Shown one piece after another: positions 25,755 through 39,786 of a stretch of DNA of 64,000 nt. Made by a program: the position numbers and the translations under genes. The DNA is from Octopus vulgaris (taxonomy: Eukaryota). The stretch's first letter is position 1; every line of letters begins with the position of its first letter. Below the pieces are notes generated by a model. That model ran no database searches. It was not told the origin of the DNA and was given only the letters and a program-made list of their open reading frames with translations. The stretch lies in NCBI GenBank assembly GCA_951406725.2, contig OX597819.1, positions 70,804,001-70,868,000 of the forward strand, read 5' to 3'.

Positions 25755-25947
25755 CATATATGGAACCAGGGCCTATGAAAGGGCTGTTCAACTAGTACAT
25801 CACACCGGGTTTCTGGGATCTAAGGAAATGCCCTGTGAATTTCTGGCGGGGTGAGGAGAGACACCACCGCCTTCCCAGTTGGGACCCGAAAGCAATCTCG
25901 TTCCGCCTTGCGAAATCTCTTTATGAAATCTTCTGCATGTATGTGAG

Positions 25948-25986
<39 letters not shown>

Positions 25987-26426
25987 GCTCATTTCTTGCC
26001 TTCATTACATATATATATATATCAAAACATACCCACGTTTCTCTTTCCGTCTATACAACGCGCGCCCAAACCCACGCATGCACACGCACATACAGTCACA
26101 CACAGGCACATGCACGCACACACACACCAACACACACGCCCGCACTCAAATCACATGCATATACACACACACACACACACGCGCGCGCGCACAAATGCAC
26201 CAGCCCACATATAACACACAGATGTACATACACACAAACAGACATACCTTAATTCACTCACCCACGCATAATCGAATCCTCAGAAATACACACCTTAAGC
26301 ATAACCACCCCCACCCTGCAAACACAACATGAAACCACAAATGCTCTCAAAACTGCATTGTGTATTCCATTGGTTTTCGAACAGAAAAATACCCGTTTTT
26401 CCACACAGCCCACCATGTATACATAC

Positions 26427-26493
<67 letters not shown>

Positions 26494-26742
26494 TAGTCTA
26501 TTTGTATTGAATTAAAAAATAATTGATGTAAATCAATTGTTGTTCATCAAAACTTCTTTATTTTCTGTTGTTTTTTTAAAAATTTTATATGTGTGGTGAG
26601 AAACTTGCTTACAAACCACATGGTTCCTATTCAGCCCCACTACGTGGCAACTTGGGCAAGTGTCTTCTACTATAGCCTCGGGGCGACCAAAGCCTTGTGA
26701 GTGGATTTGGTAGACGGAAACTGAATGAAACACGTAGTATAT

Positions 26743-27870
26743 ATTGGGCTGGCAACTAAGTTCCCGCCGTTTTTTTTTTAGATTAAAACTTTTTTTAAGC
26801 TTTAATAAATATAGTAACTAATTAATCAATAATGTATTCAGCCTTGCTGTTTACAACTTCTTCCGAACGTTCAACAAGAATTTCAATACCTCGTTGGTAG
26901 AAATCACCCGATTTCGACTCGAAAAATTGATCCAACCAAGCTCTCAATTCTGCATCAGTATTGAACGAAACTCTACGCATAGCATTTGAAAGAGATCAAA
27001 AAAGGAGGAAATCTGTTAGTGCCAAATCAGGAGAGTACGGCGGGTGTGGCAACACTTCCCAGCCATGCGTTTGAATGGCTTCCTTGGTCACATTGGCGAT
27101 ATAAAGAGCGAGCGTTGTCGTGCAGCAGAACTCTATGCTACCGATTAGATCTTTTCTCTTGAATAGCCGTGTTGAGTCGTTCCATCTGTTGAACATAGAG
27201 TTCCACGTTGAACATTTGGTTCCGTTCAAGCAATTTGTAATGGATAATCCCGTCCCAGTCCCACCATACGCACAACATCGTTTTACGCTGATTAAGATCT
27301 TGTTTCACGCGCGGTTTCAACTTGTTTAGCGAGGCTAAGCCATTCCTTACGCTGCTTCATATTGATGTACAGGCAACATTTTTCGTTGCCAGTAATGATT
27401 CGGTAAAGAGATCGTTGCTTGTGTCCATGAGTTGAGCAGTGAAGAGCAAGCAAACCAGCGAAGATTGTGGCTCGTTGATTTTTGTTGTTGTCACTTAAAG
27501 CTTGCGGAACCCATGCTCCATACTTCTGAACCTTTCCCATCGAGTGAAGATGCTTCTCTATAGCAGTATGGGTGCATTCCATTTTCTCTGCCAGTTCCCT
27601 TGTCGTTTGACGAGAATTTTCGTGCAAAATTTACTTTAATCGCTCTTCATCGAACTCAACTAGACGGCCAGAACGAGGTGCGTCTTTGAGGTCAAAATTT
27701 CCATTTTTGAACTTGGCATACCAATCAGGAGCTATGACATCCTCTCCATACACAGCACAAATGTCGCGAGCAGCTTTTGCGGCCTTAGAACCTTGATTAA
27801 AAGCACAAAGGAGGTGTCGAAAGTGCTCGTTTTTCTTAACTTGACATTCCATTTCAATATGAAAATAAAC
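26743..27870 (-). mobile_element. Near full-length mariner transposase pseudogene
   Basis: Frameshifted ORFs 27852-26822 contain GNFDLKDAPRSGR, WVPQAL, IITGNEK, MLCVWWD, HDNAR and PHPPYSPDLA. TIR ATTGGGCTGGCAACTAAGTTCCCGCCG at about 26743. Confidence 0.9.
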
Positions 27871-27995
27871 AAAAATTAACTAAAATTAACTAGGAAAACA
27901 AAAAAAAAAAACAAAATAGATTCCAAAATAATTCAAAAATAGAATTCTCCCCCCCCCCAAAAAAAAAGATTCCAAAATTTAAAAACGCAATAAAT

Positions 27996-28299
27996 AATGG
28001 CCCAGTGGTTAGGGCAGCGGACTCGCGGTTGTAGGATCGCGGTTTCGATTCCCAGACCGGGCGTTGTGAGTGTTTATTGAGCGAAAACACCCAAAGCTCC
28101 ACGAGGCTCCGGCAGGGAGCGGTGGTGATCCCTGCTTTACTCTTCCACCACAACTTTCTCTCACTCTTTCTTCTGTTGGCCTGCTCGCTTAGCCAGCGGG
28201 GTGGCATCATTTGAAGGCTAAAACAATGCGAAGCGTATTGTGACCAGCGATGTGTAGCAACATCTGATAGTCTGGTCGGTCACGGTCACGGTCACGGTC

Positions 28300-28303
<4 letters not shown>
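27996..28303 (+). mobile_element. tRNA-derived SINE, family C
   Basis: Homologous to 23969-24277, with a (TCACGG)4 tail. Confidence 0.85.
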
Positions 28304-28372
<69 letters not shown>

Positions 28373-29228
28373 CAGGGTGTCCATAAAGTCTCTTTACAAT
28401 TTAAAAAAATTATTACAACGGCAGTTGATGAGATAATTAATTTTTTTATTGATATTAAATTTTTGTGTTTCAGATACTCTGTTGATGGAAGGGCACTGAT
28501 TCACTGAACCCCTATAAAATGAGGATGAAGTATTCTTCAAGCGAGTTTGTTTTAGTGACGAGGCGACTTTTCATGTTTTGGGGGAAATTAAACAGACACA
28601 ACGTGAGAATCTGGGAATCAGAACACCCCCATGTGACTAGGGAGCTTCAGCGGGATAGTCCAAAAGTGAATGTGTGGAATCATGTGCAATCGAATGATTA
28701 GTCTATTTTTCTTCAACGAGGCAACAATTACTGCAGATGTTTTCCTCGACCGTCTGACCGAATATGTGGCACCACAACTGATTGATTTACAACCAACCAT
28801 CATTGCACCACCACATTAGGGACGGTATGTTCGACATTTCCTCAGTCAAACATTTCCAGACTGATGGATTGGAAGGGATGGGCCAATTCCATGGCCACTG
28901 CGTTCGCCAGATATCACTCCCTTGGACTTCTTTTTATGGGGTTATGTAAAAGATATCGTGTATCAAACAAAGATTGCTGACTTGAAGCAAAAAATTCGTA
29001 ATGCCATTGCTACCGTTGATGAGGCTATCCTACAGCGAACATGGCAAGAAATCGAGTACCATCTTGATGTGCTTCGCGCAACTAATGGTGCCCATATTGA
29101 GGTCTATTAAATAAAAGTTGAAAAAACTTTAATAAGCAATTATTACAATAAAGCAAATCCGGTTAAGATATCTTGTCAACTGCTTTTGTAGTAAAATTTT
29201 AAAATTGTAAAGAGACTTTATGGACATC

Positions 29229-29231
<3 letters not shown>
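28373..29231 (+). mobile_element. Tc1-like DNA transposon, internally deleted, with about 60-bp TIRs
   Basis: TIRs CAGGGTGTCCATAAAGTCTCTTTACAATTT / AAATTGTAAAGAGACTTTATGGACATCCTG with TA flanks. Peptides FSDEATF, NRHNVRIW, WIGRDGPIPWPLRSPDITPLDFFLWGYVK. Confidence 0.9.
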
Positions 29232-29297
<66 letters not shown>

Positions 29298-29564
29298 CAT
29301 ATATACGACGGGGCTTTCAGTTTACGTCTACTAAATCCACTCACAAGGCTTCAGTCGTCCCGAGGCTGTAGTAGAAGACATATGCCCAAGGTGACACACA
29401 GCGGGACTGAACCCAGAACCGTTAAGAACTTTGTTTTCCAGTAACGCATCTCATCCCGCTACGTGGCAGCTTGGGCAAGTACCTTCTACAACAGCCTCGG
29501 GACGACTAAATCTTGATGAGTGAATTTGGTAGATGGAAACTGAAAGAAGCCCGTCGTATTTATC

Positions 29565-29621
<57 letters not shown>

Positions 29622-30402
29622 GGGTGGAGTCTCTGTGTTTGTATTTGCTCCTCACCGCCGCTTGACAACCGGAGTTCGTATGTTTATGTCTTAGTAACGT
29701 TAGCGGTTCGGTAAACGACAACCGATAGAACAAGTACCAAACTTAAAAGTAAAAAAAAAAAAAAAGAAAAAAAAACACAAGCACTTGGATTGATTCATTC
29801 GACTAAAATCCATCAGGGTAGCGCTCCAGCATGGTCGCAGTCCAAAGACTGAAACAAGTAAACGAATAGAAGAATAAGCTGCGAATAGAAGGGTTTTCAA
29901 TCTGAAACAACCCATAATTTATTCAAATTGTTTGCGTTAATTTATTCATTTACATATTTGTTTCAAATTTGATTCAGTCAGACGACACAGACGCCCACCG
30001 TAACTTATTCCTATTAATTCTCGTGACTATCCTTAAACATGGTCACGTCTCTCTTCCACTCACTCCCACGCAGAATCGTGTACACATACACACACACACA
30101 CTCTCTCTCTCTCTCTTTCTCAAAATTAGTTTCACACACACTCCCATGGTCAAATACACACGTATACACACACACTCCCATGGTCAAATACACACGTATA
30201 CACACACAAACACGCATACACACACACGCTCTTTATTTTTTTCTTCCTCTCCATCTCACTTTCCCACACAAATTCTCTCCCTCTCTCTCTGTTTCTCCCT
30301 CTCTCTCTCTGTTTCTCCCTCTCTCTCTGTTTCTCCCTCTCTCTCATACGCGCGTGCGTGCACATACACACACTTTCACATATGCACACACTTTCTCTCC
30401 GT

Positions 30403-30433
<31 letters not shown>

Positions 30434-31082
30434 ACACAAACTCACCAACACACTCTCTCTTTCTCTTTCTTTCTCCCTCACACACACACACACACTCACT
30501 CTCTCAATCGCACACACACTCTTTCTGTCCCTCTCTCCTCCTCTCTTACACACACATACACACTCTATCACATACTCTCTCTCTCACCCCCACCCACGTT
30601 TTTGCCTACTTGATTACGTGGGTCTTTTGTCAATGACCCTCTTTTGTTAATATCATCCTCAAAAATAAATTTTTTGTTTTATTTCTGTTCAGCCTTTTTC
30701 CATTGTTTCTCTTTTTTTCTTTTTCCATATTTCAAGTTTTTCTTTTCTTTCGTTCTTTCCGGAATGTTCTAAAAATTAATTTGTACCGAATCAACAAATC
30801 TAACTTCTTTTTTTTTTTTTATATATTTTGTTATTATTTCCTCCTTTTTTTTTTTTTTTTTATACTTTCTCTTAAACTTGAAATCTAGTTTCCTCATCCG
30901 GAATTCAATTAAATGGCTGTGGAAATTACGTTAGACACCAATACAACTTCTTGACACTTCTCTCAGCCCCAAACACACACACACACACACTGACATTATC
31001 TAGGCCGGGCTATCCTTTTATATGAAGACAGCCAACGATGGTGGTTGACCGACTCGATAGTATTGCAGAAATAACGGAATGA

Positions 31083-31400
31083 AGTCGCATGGCTCAGGAG
31101 TTAGGACATTCAGCTCAAGATCTGTAAGTCATCAGTTCGATTCCCGGCGACACGTTGTGTTCTTAAGTAAGATACTATATTCCACATCGCTCCAGGCCCA
31201 CTCAGCTGGGTGAAATGAATGGTACCTGTATTTAAAAAAAAGGGCCAGTCTCGTCCCATTCTGTATCAGGCAGAATCTCCCTGACGACTACTCTAAGGGT
31301 ATGTGTGTCTGTGGAGTACTCAGCCACTAACACGTTAATTTCACGTACAAACTGTTTCCTTCGGATGAGCTGGAGCATTCATCGTCGAAACCGACGGAAA
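31083..31400 (+). mobile_element. tRNA-derived SINE, family D
   Basis: tRNA-like head, CCACTCAGCTGG..AATGA..GTACCTGTATTT body, ACCGACGGA 3' end. Homologues at 18955-19900, 58380-58541 and 59805-60103. Confidence 0.75.
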
Positions 31401-32510
31401 GTCAGTTTTTAAAAGTAAAAGAGGCGGTTGACGATTTTTGTGTTTTATCACTGGTGACCAGTGGCATAACTAGAATCTGTGCCGCCCAGGGAAGTCCTTG
31501 ACCTTACCCACTCCCACACTGGCTCCCCAAAACTAAACAGGTTTAAAAGAGTTACCCGAGGCGGGCCGCACCGTTCGCCGCTTGTCGCCCGAATTACGCT
31601 ACTGATGGATTGCATTGTATCCTTAGCCATGACACACAACCGCTGAGTTCGCTAAGCTGTAAATTTATAATGGAAGACAATGCGATAGAACTCATTGCTG
31701 TATCGTCTACTCTATAGAATTAACGAGCATCTTCTTTGGTTTTCGATCATAAGGGCATTTTTTCACACATTGATGTAGTTACCTACAACATACCACCAAT
31801 TACAGACAATCAGTTACCTGTAAATTAACTTGTAATAGACCAGTAGCTACTCGTAACAGACAAGAAGTTACCAGTAAATAAGGTCGGTTGTTACCAGTAA
31901 ATTAGCGTGTTTTAGAACGGTGAAGAGACGATTTATGCCATGTTAACTCATCGTCACTGAATCTGGAGATGAGAAACGATCTACTCTCCATTATATGACG
32001 ATTCTAGTTTATGACACTGATCATGGAGCACCGCTCCCCCACTTCCAGCCCGTGATATATTCAAGCAGAAAAATATACATCACAACATCAACACAACTAA
32101 CACCACCACCACCACCACCACCACCACCACCACCAACAGGACTAATGCCACCACCATCACTCCCATACCACCACCACTTGCACTTGACATAGTGTCAGAG
32201 TTGAAAAGTCAATATGTTGGGACGAGAAGTTGTCGCTTCGTCCCACGACATAATTGAGCAGACATGTAATTAAAAAATGTTCTAATGGAGACCATCCCAG
32301 CTTGGTTTTTTTTTGCCTTTTCAGGCAGTTGATATATATCTAGGCCTACGTTTTTTTCTATTCTATTCATTAGGATTTGAGTCGAATGAATTGACCCTAG
32401 TACTTATTTAAAAAAAAAAACTGGTACTTATTCTATCGGTTGCTTTTGCCGAACAGCTAAGTTGCAGAGACGTAAACACACTAACACTGGTTGTCAAGCG
32501 GTGATGGGGA

Positions 32511-32554
<44 letters not shown>

Positions 32555-32584
32555 AATAATAATAATAATAATAATAATAATAAT

Positions 32585-33390
32585 TATGATATAAAGTTAA
32601 TGTGTGTGTGTTCGTGTGTTCGTGTGTTACTCATAGACTCGAAAACTACTGGACCGATCCTAATGAAATTTATAACGCAAAATCCAAGATTAGAGAGAAG
32701 GGTAATGCCGTATGTTTCATACAATTTTGAGAGGGCATGAACTTCGGATTTTGATGAAATTTGAGCCAAATAAATTTTTAAATATACCCCAAATTTCCAT
32801 TTTTTTTTTTGATAATTTTGAGATCCTTAATGGAGGCTTAACCCCCATATTTTAGCGATTTTTCATGGACAAAATTTATTGAATGAATCCTTATGATATT
32901 TGGAACTTAGATTCAATGCATAAAGGCGGGTATAATGTAGTATGTTTGGTCTGAATTGGGTAGAGGGGGGGGGGGTTAAAGGGGCAGAACCCTTTAAATA
33001 CATAAATTTCCGATGTAATTGACACAAATCAAGAAGTATTCCCAAAGTTTCCGCTTCTAATGAGGATTCTAAGACCCCTTAACACCCAAATTTTAGTCAC
33101 TTTTATGATCCAAAACAAGGTCAAACACACTAAATTGATCTTTATGAAATTTGGAAATTATATTCTATGCATAAGGACAGCTGTAATGCAGTATATGTTT
33201 GAAAGTGAGGTGGACATAAATGGGACCGTAACCTCCATGAAAATTCATATAGTTTTGCTGTTGACGAAATTTTAACCATAGACACAAATGAAGAAATATT
33301 CCTAAAATTTCAACTTCTTAGGAGGTTAGTAAGACCCCTTAATGGGGGATTAACCCCCACAATTTAGTCGTTTTTCCTAAGCCAAGACGA
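32585..33390 (+). mobile_element. Non-autonomous Helitron-like element (5' part)
   Basis: Starts TATAAAGTTAATGTGTGTGTGTTCGTG..AAAACTACTGGACCGATCCTAATGAAATT, resembling the 5' ends at 5115 and 5640. Diverged internal repeats (ACCCCTTAA, TTTAGTC). Confidence 0.45.
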
Positions 33391-35401
33391 ATGCAATTAT
33401 AGTCTTGGAAGCTGTAGAGTCCCCCGAGGATACAAGATGAGCGTTATTTGTAATTCAATGCTACAAGAGTGTAAGGGTTTGCTTTGAGATATACTTAGAT
33501 TGTGATTTCTGCAATGTGGTGCATAAATTGTCAAGTAAAGGAGACGTATCTTTGCCTCCACTGATTCAGTTGCAAAGTGTTATTTTGAGTAAAGTTATTT
33601 AGTTACAGACCTCCTTTGAGTCTATTTATCACTGGGTCAGAGATAGTCCCCAGATTGTAAAATTGATTTCCAGGCCTTTCCAGATAAGTGATTGGTCATT
33701 TAAATAGATTTATAGATTGCAAATTTATTCTGTTCAATTACCTATCGGCATAGTGATCATTGGCAAACTCCAGAGGTGACACTTTCATTTCCCCTAGACC
33801 TCACTTCAAACAGTTGTTAATGTTCATTTGTGTTGGGTCACGCCCTTCCAATTGCCATAGATCCGTAATGCATCTTATGGCTGTGCCGGTCACCTGTATT
33901 GGTGAAGAATCCTACATTGGGAGTGGTAACGGTTAGGATAGGGTTGCTGACTGCCTGAAGACGATTGGACCGATGGATGTCCAGCGCCCAAGAGGACCAC
34001 ATTCTATATTGCGACATTTCATGAAGGTGGTCTCGCTGAAGTCTTTAAAAGAATCTACATGGCATTTCAAAACAGAAGTAAAAAACATACTTGTTTCTTA
34101 CCACACAGCCACGCTCGCGCCTAACGACAGGCGTCTTTCAGTTTCCGTCTTCCAAATCCACTCACAAGGCTTTGGTCAACCCGAGGCTATAGTAGAAGAC
34201 ACTTGCCCAAGTTGCCACGCAGTGGGACTGAACCCAGAACCATGTGGTTGGGAAGTAATGACAGAAAACGTGATGATCGCAACTGCCCCAGTTGTCACGT
34301 TGTCGGATTATTAATCCGAAGGGTTTCAGTTTGCCTCAAATCGCAAACCGTTCTATGAGTCCGGAGCGAAAATATTGAACCTGATGAAAAGTGTTCTTGA
34401 GCAAAACACTCCATTCAGTCCATGCTTCAGTTCACTCATCTGTTAAATGAGTAAACCCTGCGCCTGAATGGCAAGGGAAATGTTTTGATCACGGTCGCTT
34501 ATAGGTCATGGAAGCCAGCTAACCAGCTGTTTTTAGCATCATCATCAGCAGCAGCATCAGTAGCAGCAGCAGCAGCAGCAGCATTAGTAGTAGTAGTAGT
34601 AGTATGAGGGCATGCTCTGTAACAGCGCGTTGCTGCATCCACCATTTGCTGGTGATTCCCTACTACCCCTGGTAGATGTCGCCTCTGCATCATTCAGGTC
34701 AGAGTGCAAATCCGACCTCAGCGTATTTTAGTCGCTTTTTTACAACACACCAAGGTAAACGTTCGGTTTTATTCTTCGACGGTCCGCACACAGCTATTTT
34801 AAGTGCGTGTATTGATAAAATAAATATTGTTTTCTCTCTCCTTGTTTTTTTTTTTAATTTAGAAATTTTAATTTTTTTATTTTACAGCGACGAAACACTA
34901 GAATTTAGGGGATCATTTAGGATGTTGTGATTTCCATGACTTTCCAAATTCCATTAGTGAGATAAATGAAATAAAAGTAGTCCTAATCCTGTTTTCGGTC
35001 CTGAATCGTGTCAGTCCATATCTATGCGTATCTCGTGTTTATAAACACCCGCTACAAGTAAATATTAATTTCAAATTTTGGTACAAGGCCTGCAATTTCG
35101 GGGGCAAGGGGTACTTATTTTATCGACCCCGAGTGGATGGGTCGACCTCGGAGGGCTTTGAATTCAGAACGTAAAGACGGACGAAATGCCGTTAAGCATT
35201 TTGCTCGGCGTGCTTACGATTTTGCCAGCTCGTAGCCCTCGCTCAAATAAAAATTGACTGATTGCTTACTCAGTGGTTCCCAAGATTTTCGGGTTGCCGC
35301 CCCCTTGACTCTCAGGCCACATTCCTAGCGCCCCTACTCCCAACTAACCATTACAAACATAGACCGCTTTCTGAAGCAAATTCAAACCAACTGTATTTCA
35401 C

Positions 35402-35678
35402 CGTTCTACATTTTAGAGAAGAGCAATTCTGTATATTATTTACATTATTTACATTGGACGGATACGTGTCCTCATCTTGTGTTTCGGCTGATTAACCTCC
35501 AGCCTTCATCAGGTGTCCTGATAATAACACCAGCAAAAAAATTCCTTAGGAATGAGAACCCAGGGTTGGGTTCAAAATTCCATCAGGACACCTGATGAAG
35601 ACTGGAGAGTAAATCAGCCGAAACGTTGTGGTAACAACAAACAAGATGAGGACACATATCCGTCCAATGTAAATAATG
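35402..35678. mobile_element. Second palindromic hammerhead-bearing element (same family as 19574-19816)
   Basis: Inverted arms with hammerhead cores on both strands (35588-35630 plus; about 35481-35517 minus). 13-bp TSD AACTGTATTTCAC (35389-35401, 35679-35691). Confidence 0.75.
35588..35630 (+). ncRNA. Minimal type I hammerhead motif
   Basis: ACAC-CTGATGA-A-GACTG-loop-CAGCC-GAAAC-GTT-GTG. Confidence 0.55.
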
Positions 35679-35918
35679 AACTGTATTTCACAAATAAAAC
35701 TTAACCTAATGAACCCATTATTTTGTTGTTTTTACATGAATCTCTATCCCATTTTTGCCCCACTTTTCTTTAAAGCTCCTTTGGAACTTACAACCGCTCC
35801 CAGGGGAACAATACTGCCCACTTTGGGAACCACTGTATGTAAGCCTTACGTAGTTTGAAAAAGAGTGTTGGGATGTTTTGTTTTTTGCGGGGTAGGATTC
35901 GTAGGTATGAGAGACAGA

Positions 35919-36147
35919 GGCGGCGAGCTGGCAGGATCGTTAGCACACCGGGCGAAATGCTCAGTGGTATTTCGTCTGCCGTTGCGTTCTGAGTTCAAAT
36001 TCCGCCGAGGTCGACTTTGTCTTTCATCCTTTCGGGGTCGATTAAATAAGTACCAGTTACGCACTGGGGTCCATATAATCGATTTAATCCGTTTGTTTGT
36101 CCTTGATTGTCCTCTCTGTGTTTAGCCCCTTGTGGGTAGTAAAGAAA
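35919..36147 (+). mobile_element. Family B (MetaSINE-like) SINE monomer with TSD
   Basis: 17-bp TSD TAGGTAYGAGAGACAGA at 35902-35918 and 36148-36164. Domain GGTCGACTTTGTCTTTCATCCTTTCGGGGTCGATTAAATAAGTACC. Confidence 0.85.
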
Positions 36148-36543
36148 TAGGTACGAGAGACAGAATAGAAGAAAAAACAATACAATGAGATTATTACTTA
36201 AGTTGATCCTTTCATCAAGCGGAAGGATCATTACAGTTATTAATCAACTCCTAAGTATGACGGGAATAAGAAATGAATCTTCCACGCTATCAGACGACTG
36301 CTTGTCACAAGTGAGATTTTTCTAGATGTTCTGTTATCTATTTCCTATAATTAGATTTAAAAAACAAAAAACAAAATGAAGGCGCAGGTGTGGGTAAGAA
36401 GCTTGCTTCCTAACCACGTGATCTCTGGTTGAGTTCCACTCCGCGGCGCCTTGGGCAAGTGTCGTCTATAATAGCTTCGAGCCAACCAAAACCTTAGCTT
36501 TCGTCGTGGTGTATGTGTGTGTGAAATTGATTTATCTCCTTTC

Positions 36544-36575
<32 letters not shown>

Positions 36576-36950
36576 GTTCCGCCCTGCAATGTTTCCCTGG
36601 GAGGCCCCCACCTGTGTCTCATTACCATGATTGGCAATTCTTTGACAGCGCCAACAACCGTTCCATTGACCCAGTTACCAACATATTGGAAGTAGTGGAA
36701 ACAATCTCTTAGACGATTCCTCCTCCTCCTCCTCCTCCTCCTCCTCCTCATCATCATCATCATCATCAACATCATCACTATCGTCGTCGACGTCGTCATC
36801 ATCATTCTTCTTTCTCCTTCTCCCCCTTCCTAACGTTCCTCCTTTATCCGGTCCCAGTGAAGCCCAGTGTTACCGCCATAACAGACTCACATTTATCGGA
36901 AAGCTCTTCGCCTTGTATCACCCGCAGCGAGCGATTCAAGCGTAAGGTAT

Positions 36951-37020
<70 letters not shown>

Positions 37021-37126
37021 GTGTGTGTATGTATATGTGTGTGTGTATGTCTGTGTATGTATGTGTGTATGCATGCATGTGTGTGTTTATGCATGTATAT
37101 ATGTGTGTATACATATACACATCCAT

Positions 37127-37164
<38 letters not shown>

Positions 37165-37407
37165 CACATACACACACACATTATACAAATGAAAGTGTAT
37201 GCGTGATTTTAAGTATGCATTTATAGCCCCGAAAAGCTCTGAAACTGTGCCACCTCGAGAAAAACGGATCTGAATTTCCAAATCCGCATCCCAAAGAGAA
37301 GGTTTTCGGTAAATAATAATAACAACAACAACAACAATAATAATAATAATAACAACAACAAAAACAACAACAACAACAACAACAACAATAATAATAATAA
37401 TAATAAT

Positions 37408-37733
37408 AAATTCTTTTATTGACCACAAGGGCTGACAAAAATCAATTATCACATAAAGGGACAAAAACAGGACGAAAGTTACAAAGGGTTTTGTCCGTTT
37501 GTGAAAAAAAAAACGAGTAAAAAAGCAGTTTAACAACGAAAATATAACAGCGAAAAACTCCCAATAGGGGGAGGCGTTACGAAAGGTTCCTGGTGGAAAA
37601 AACCCATAAAAGCCAACGGGAGCCTGGTCAAAAAGTTGGGTAGAGAGCCCCTTTCTCCTTTTATATTACCTTTTTAAATCACAGGTGTAACCTCAGAATG
37701 GCTCCTTTCATACTGGCCATTCTTGCGACATTA
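37408..37733 (-). mobile_element. 3' end of a LINE (probably L1/Tx1-like)
   Basis: Short ORF end NVARMASMKGAILRLHL*, T-rich 3' UTR, ending GCCCTTGTGGTCAATAAAAGAA plus (TTA/TTG)n. The clade is inferred. Confidence 0.45.
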
Positions 37734-39786
37734 ATATAATTTGATACCAGAAATAACTCAACTTTCAGATCGTTTACTCTACCTCTCTCTATCTGTCCTA
37801 TGTGTCTATCTGTCTCTCTCTGTTTTTTACGCTTTCTCCCTTTCTGTATATACATTTACCACACTGTCTCACTGTTTCTATGTATATGTATATCTCTCAC
37901 GCATGCTGCTTGACATTATTCTCTTGATTTGACGTGTAATTGCTTTCGTTTTGTTTGAAACTTAGTCGATGTAATGTTTGCCTTCATTTTGTGATAGACA
38001 GCTATTCCACAGAAAATGCTAGCTTCCAAATCCTGTTTTCTGATTGGGTAAAAATCATTAAATATTTTGGAATAAATGAATCACAGAATTGGATTTACCG
38101 TGAAAGATTATATCAATATACCAAACTGGAAAATTTTCACTTAGTTTTAAAATTACAAAATTTGTGACAGCAACAGAAAAGATCCCTCCTTTTCTCTCTC
38201 TCTCTTTCTCTCTCTCTGAGCTTTTTCGAATTGCATCTTGGTACAACGTGTTTATTCGGAATAAAATTCAGCACAAATAAACACGTTGTGCCGAGATGCA
38301 ATTCGAAAAAAGCCCGCCTTTTACATAAATGTGTAAAGGGTGAACAATTCTATATGCTATGCTGGATACATTGGCTGTTCGTCTGGTATGTTGATTTTTG
38401 TTCATTTTTTATAAATCTTGAATTATGCTTGCACTGAGGATTAAAAAGTGCATTTGTGCACTAATTATGAAATCATATAATATGCAACTGAATTCTGTTT
38501 TTAAGAGGCTCGTTTCGAGAGTTGCATTCCCTCGCATTCGGTACTATGTGTCTATTTATATTGGTAGTTTTGACTTTAAGAGTCCCCCCTAGCATGTGGG
38601 ATTTATGTATAGTAATGCCTTCAAGATAAATGAATATATTTAAGAGAAAAATTGATGGATTTTTCTCTTATGAGGTTTTTCACACTACTTGATAAATTCT
38701 TATAATGGTTTTATCTTATTTTAAATATTTATACATATACATATGTTTGTGTCTATGTCCCCCCCCGCCCCCTTCATAACATCGTTTGACAACCGATGCT
38801 AATGTGCTTACGTCCCCGTAACTTAGTGGTTCAGCAAAAGGGATCCGATTATATAAGTACTAGGCTTACAAAGAATAAGTCCTGGGGTCGATTTGTTCGA
38901 CTAAAGTCGGTGTTCCAGCATGGCCACAGTCAAATGACTGAAACAAATAAAAGAACATTTATGGACCAAGTGGAAAAACAAAAAACTTCATTCATCGAGA
39001 CATTACAAATTGCCTCAAGGCAGAAACATTAGCAGGCTGGGCGAAATGCTTAGCGGTATTTCGTCTGTCTTTATGCTCTGAGTTCAAATTCTTCCACCAA
39101 GGTCGACTTTGCCTTTCATCTTTTCGGGGTCGATCAATTAAGTACCAGTTGGTACTTAATCTAATCTAATCGACTGGCCCCCTCCCCAAAAATTTCGAGC
39201 CTTGAGCCTAGAGTAGCGAAAAAATTATAAATTGCCTCAAATAATGCAGAAATCCGTCCTGATCAAGAGACCTTATCCGAAGGGGAAGACATGGTCTACA
39301 TAAAATGAAAAAATCTCAAATAAAGGCATTCTATTGTGAAATTTGTGAGGCAACGACGGCCTACTTTGCTCGTGTGTCTGTGTCTGTGTGTGTGCGCGCG
39401 CGCGTGCATTCTGCTTTGGTTAAGAAACGTTGACAAGTAAGAATTTTGTAAATAGAATTTTGGCTTTGACTGTATCTATTGACAATAGAAAATAGTGTAA
39501 TATTGGAGCGAATTAACCAACGTTGGAAAATAGATAATACCCATCCTTTTTCCGCCGTGAGTTTATCTACCTCGATGTTAGACTATTTCCTACAGTCAAT
39601 AGATACGGTGAAAGCTTATATGTGTGTGTGTGTGTGTGTGTGTGTATACTCATATATATTTACTATTAGCGACGGAAACAACCTTTGTAACGAATATTAA
39701 TTTGCACATCCAACTTAATTTGGATGCATTGTTAAGAACGCCATAAACTGTGGCAATCGTTCTGAGAAATCCTCTCGTATAGATGC

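Larger units (their letters stand above)
35270..35834. mobile_element. hAT-like MITE hosting a hammerhead element
   Basis: TIRs CAGTGGTTCCCAA / TTGGGAACCACTG. Confidence 0.7.

Noticed and set aside
26822-27852. Domesticated or active mariner (SETMAR-like)
   Set aside because: It has multiple frameshifts, the first catalytic Asp is replaced (TGNEK), there is no SET domain and the 5' TIR was not found.
33390-34080. Higher-complexity segment that looks like decayed coding DNA
   Set aside because: There is no sustained ORF or recognisable motif, so it cannot be assigned without a search.
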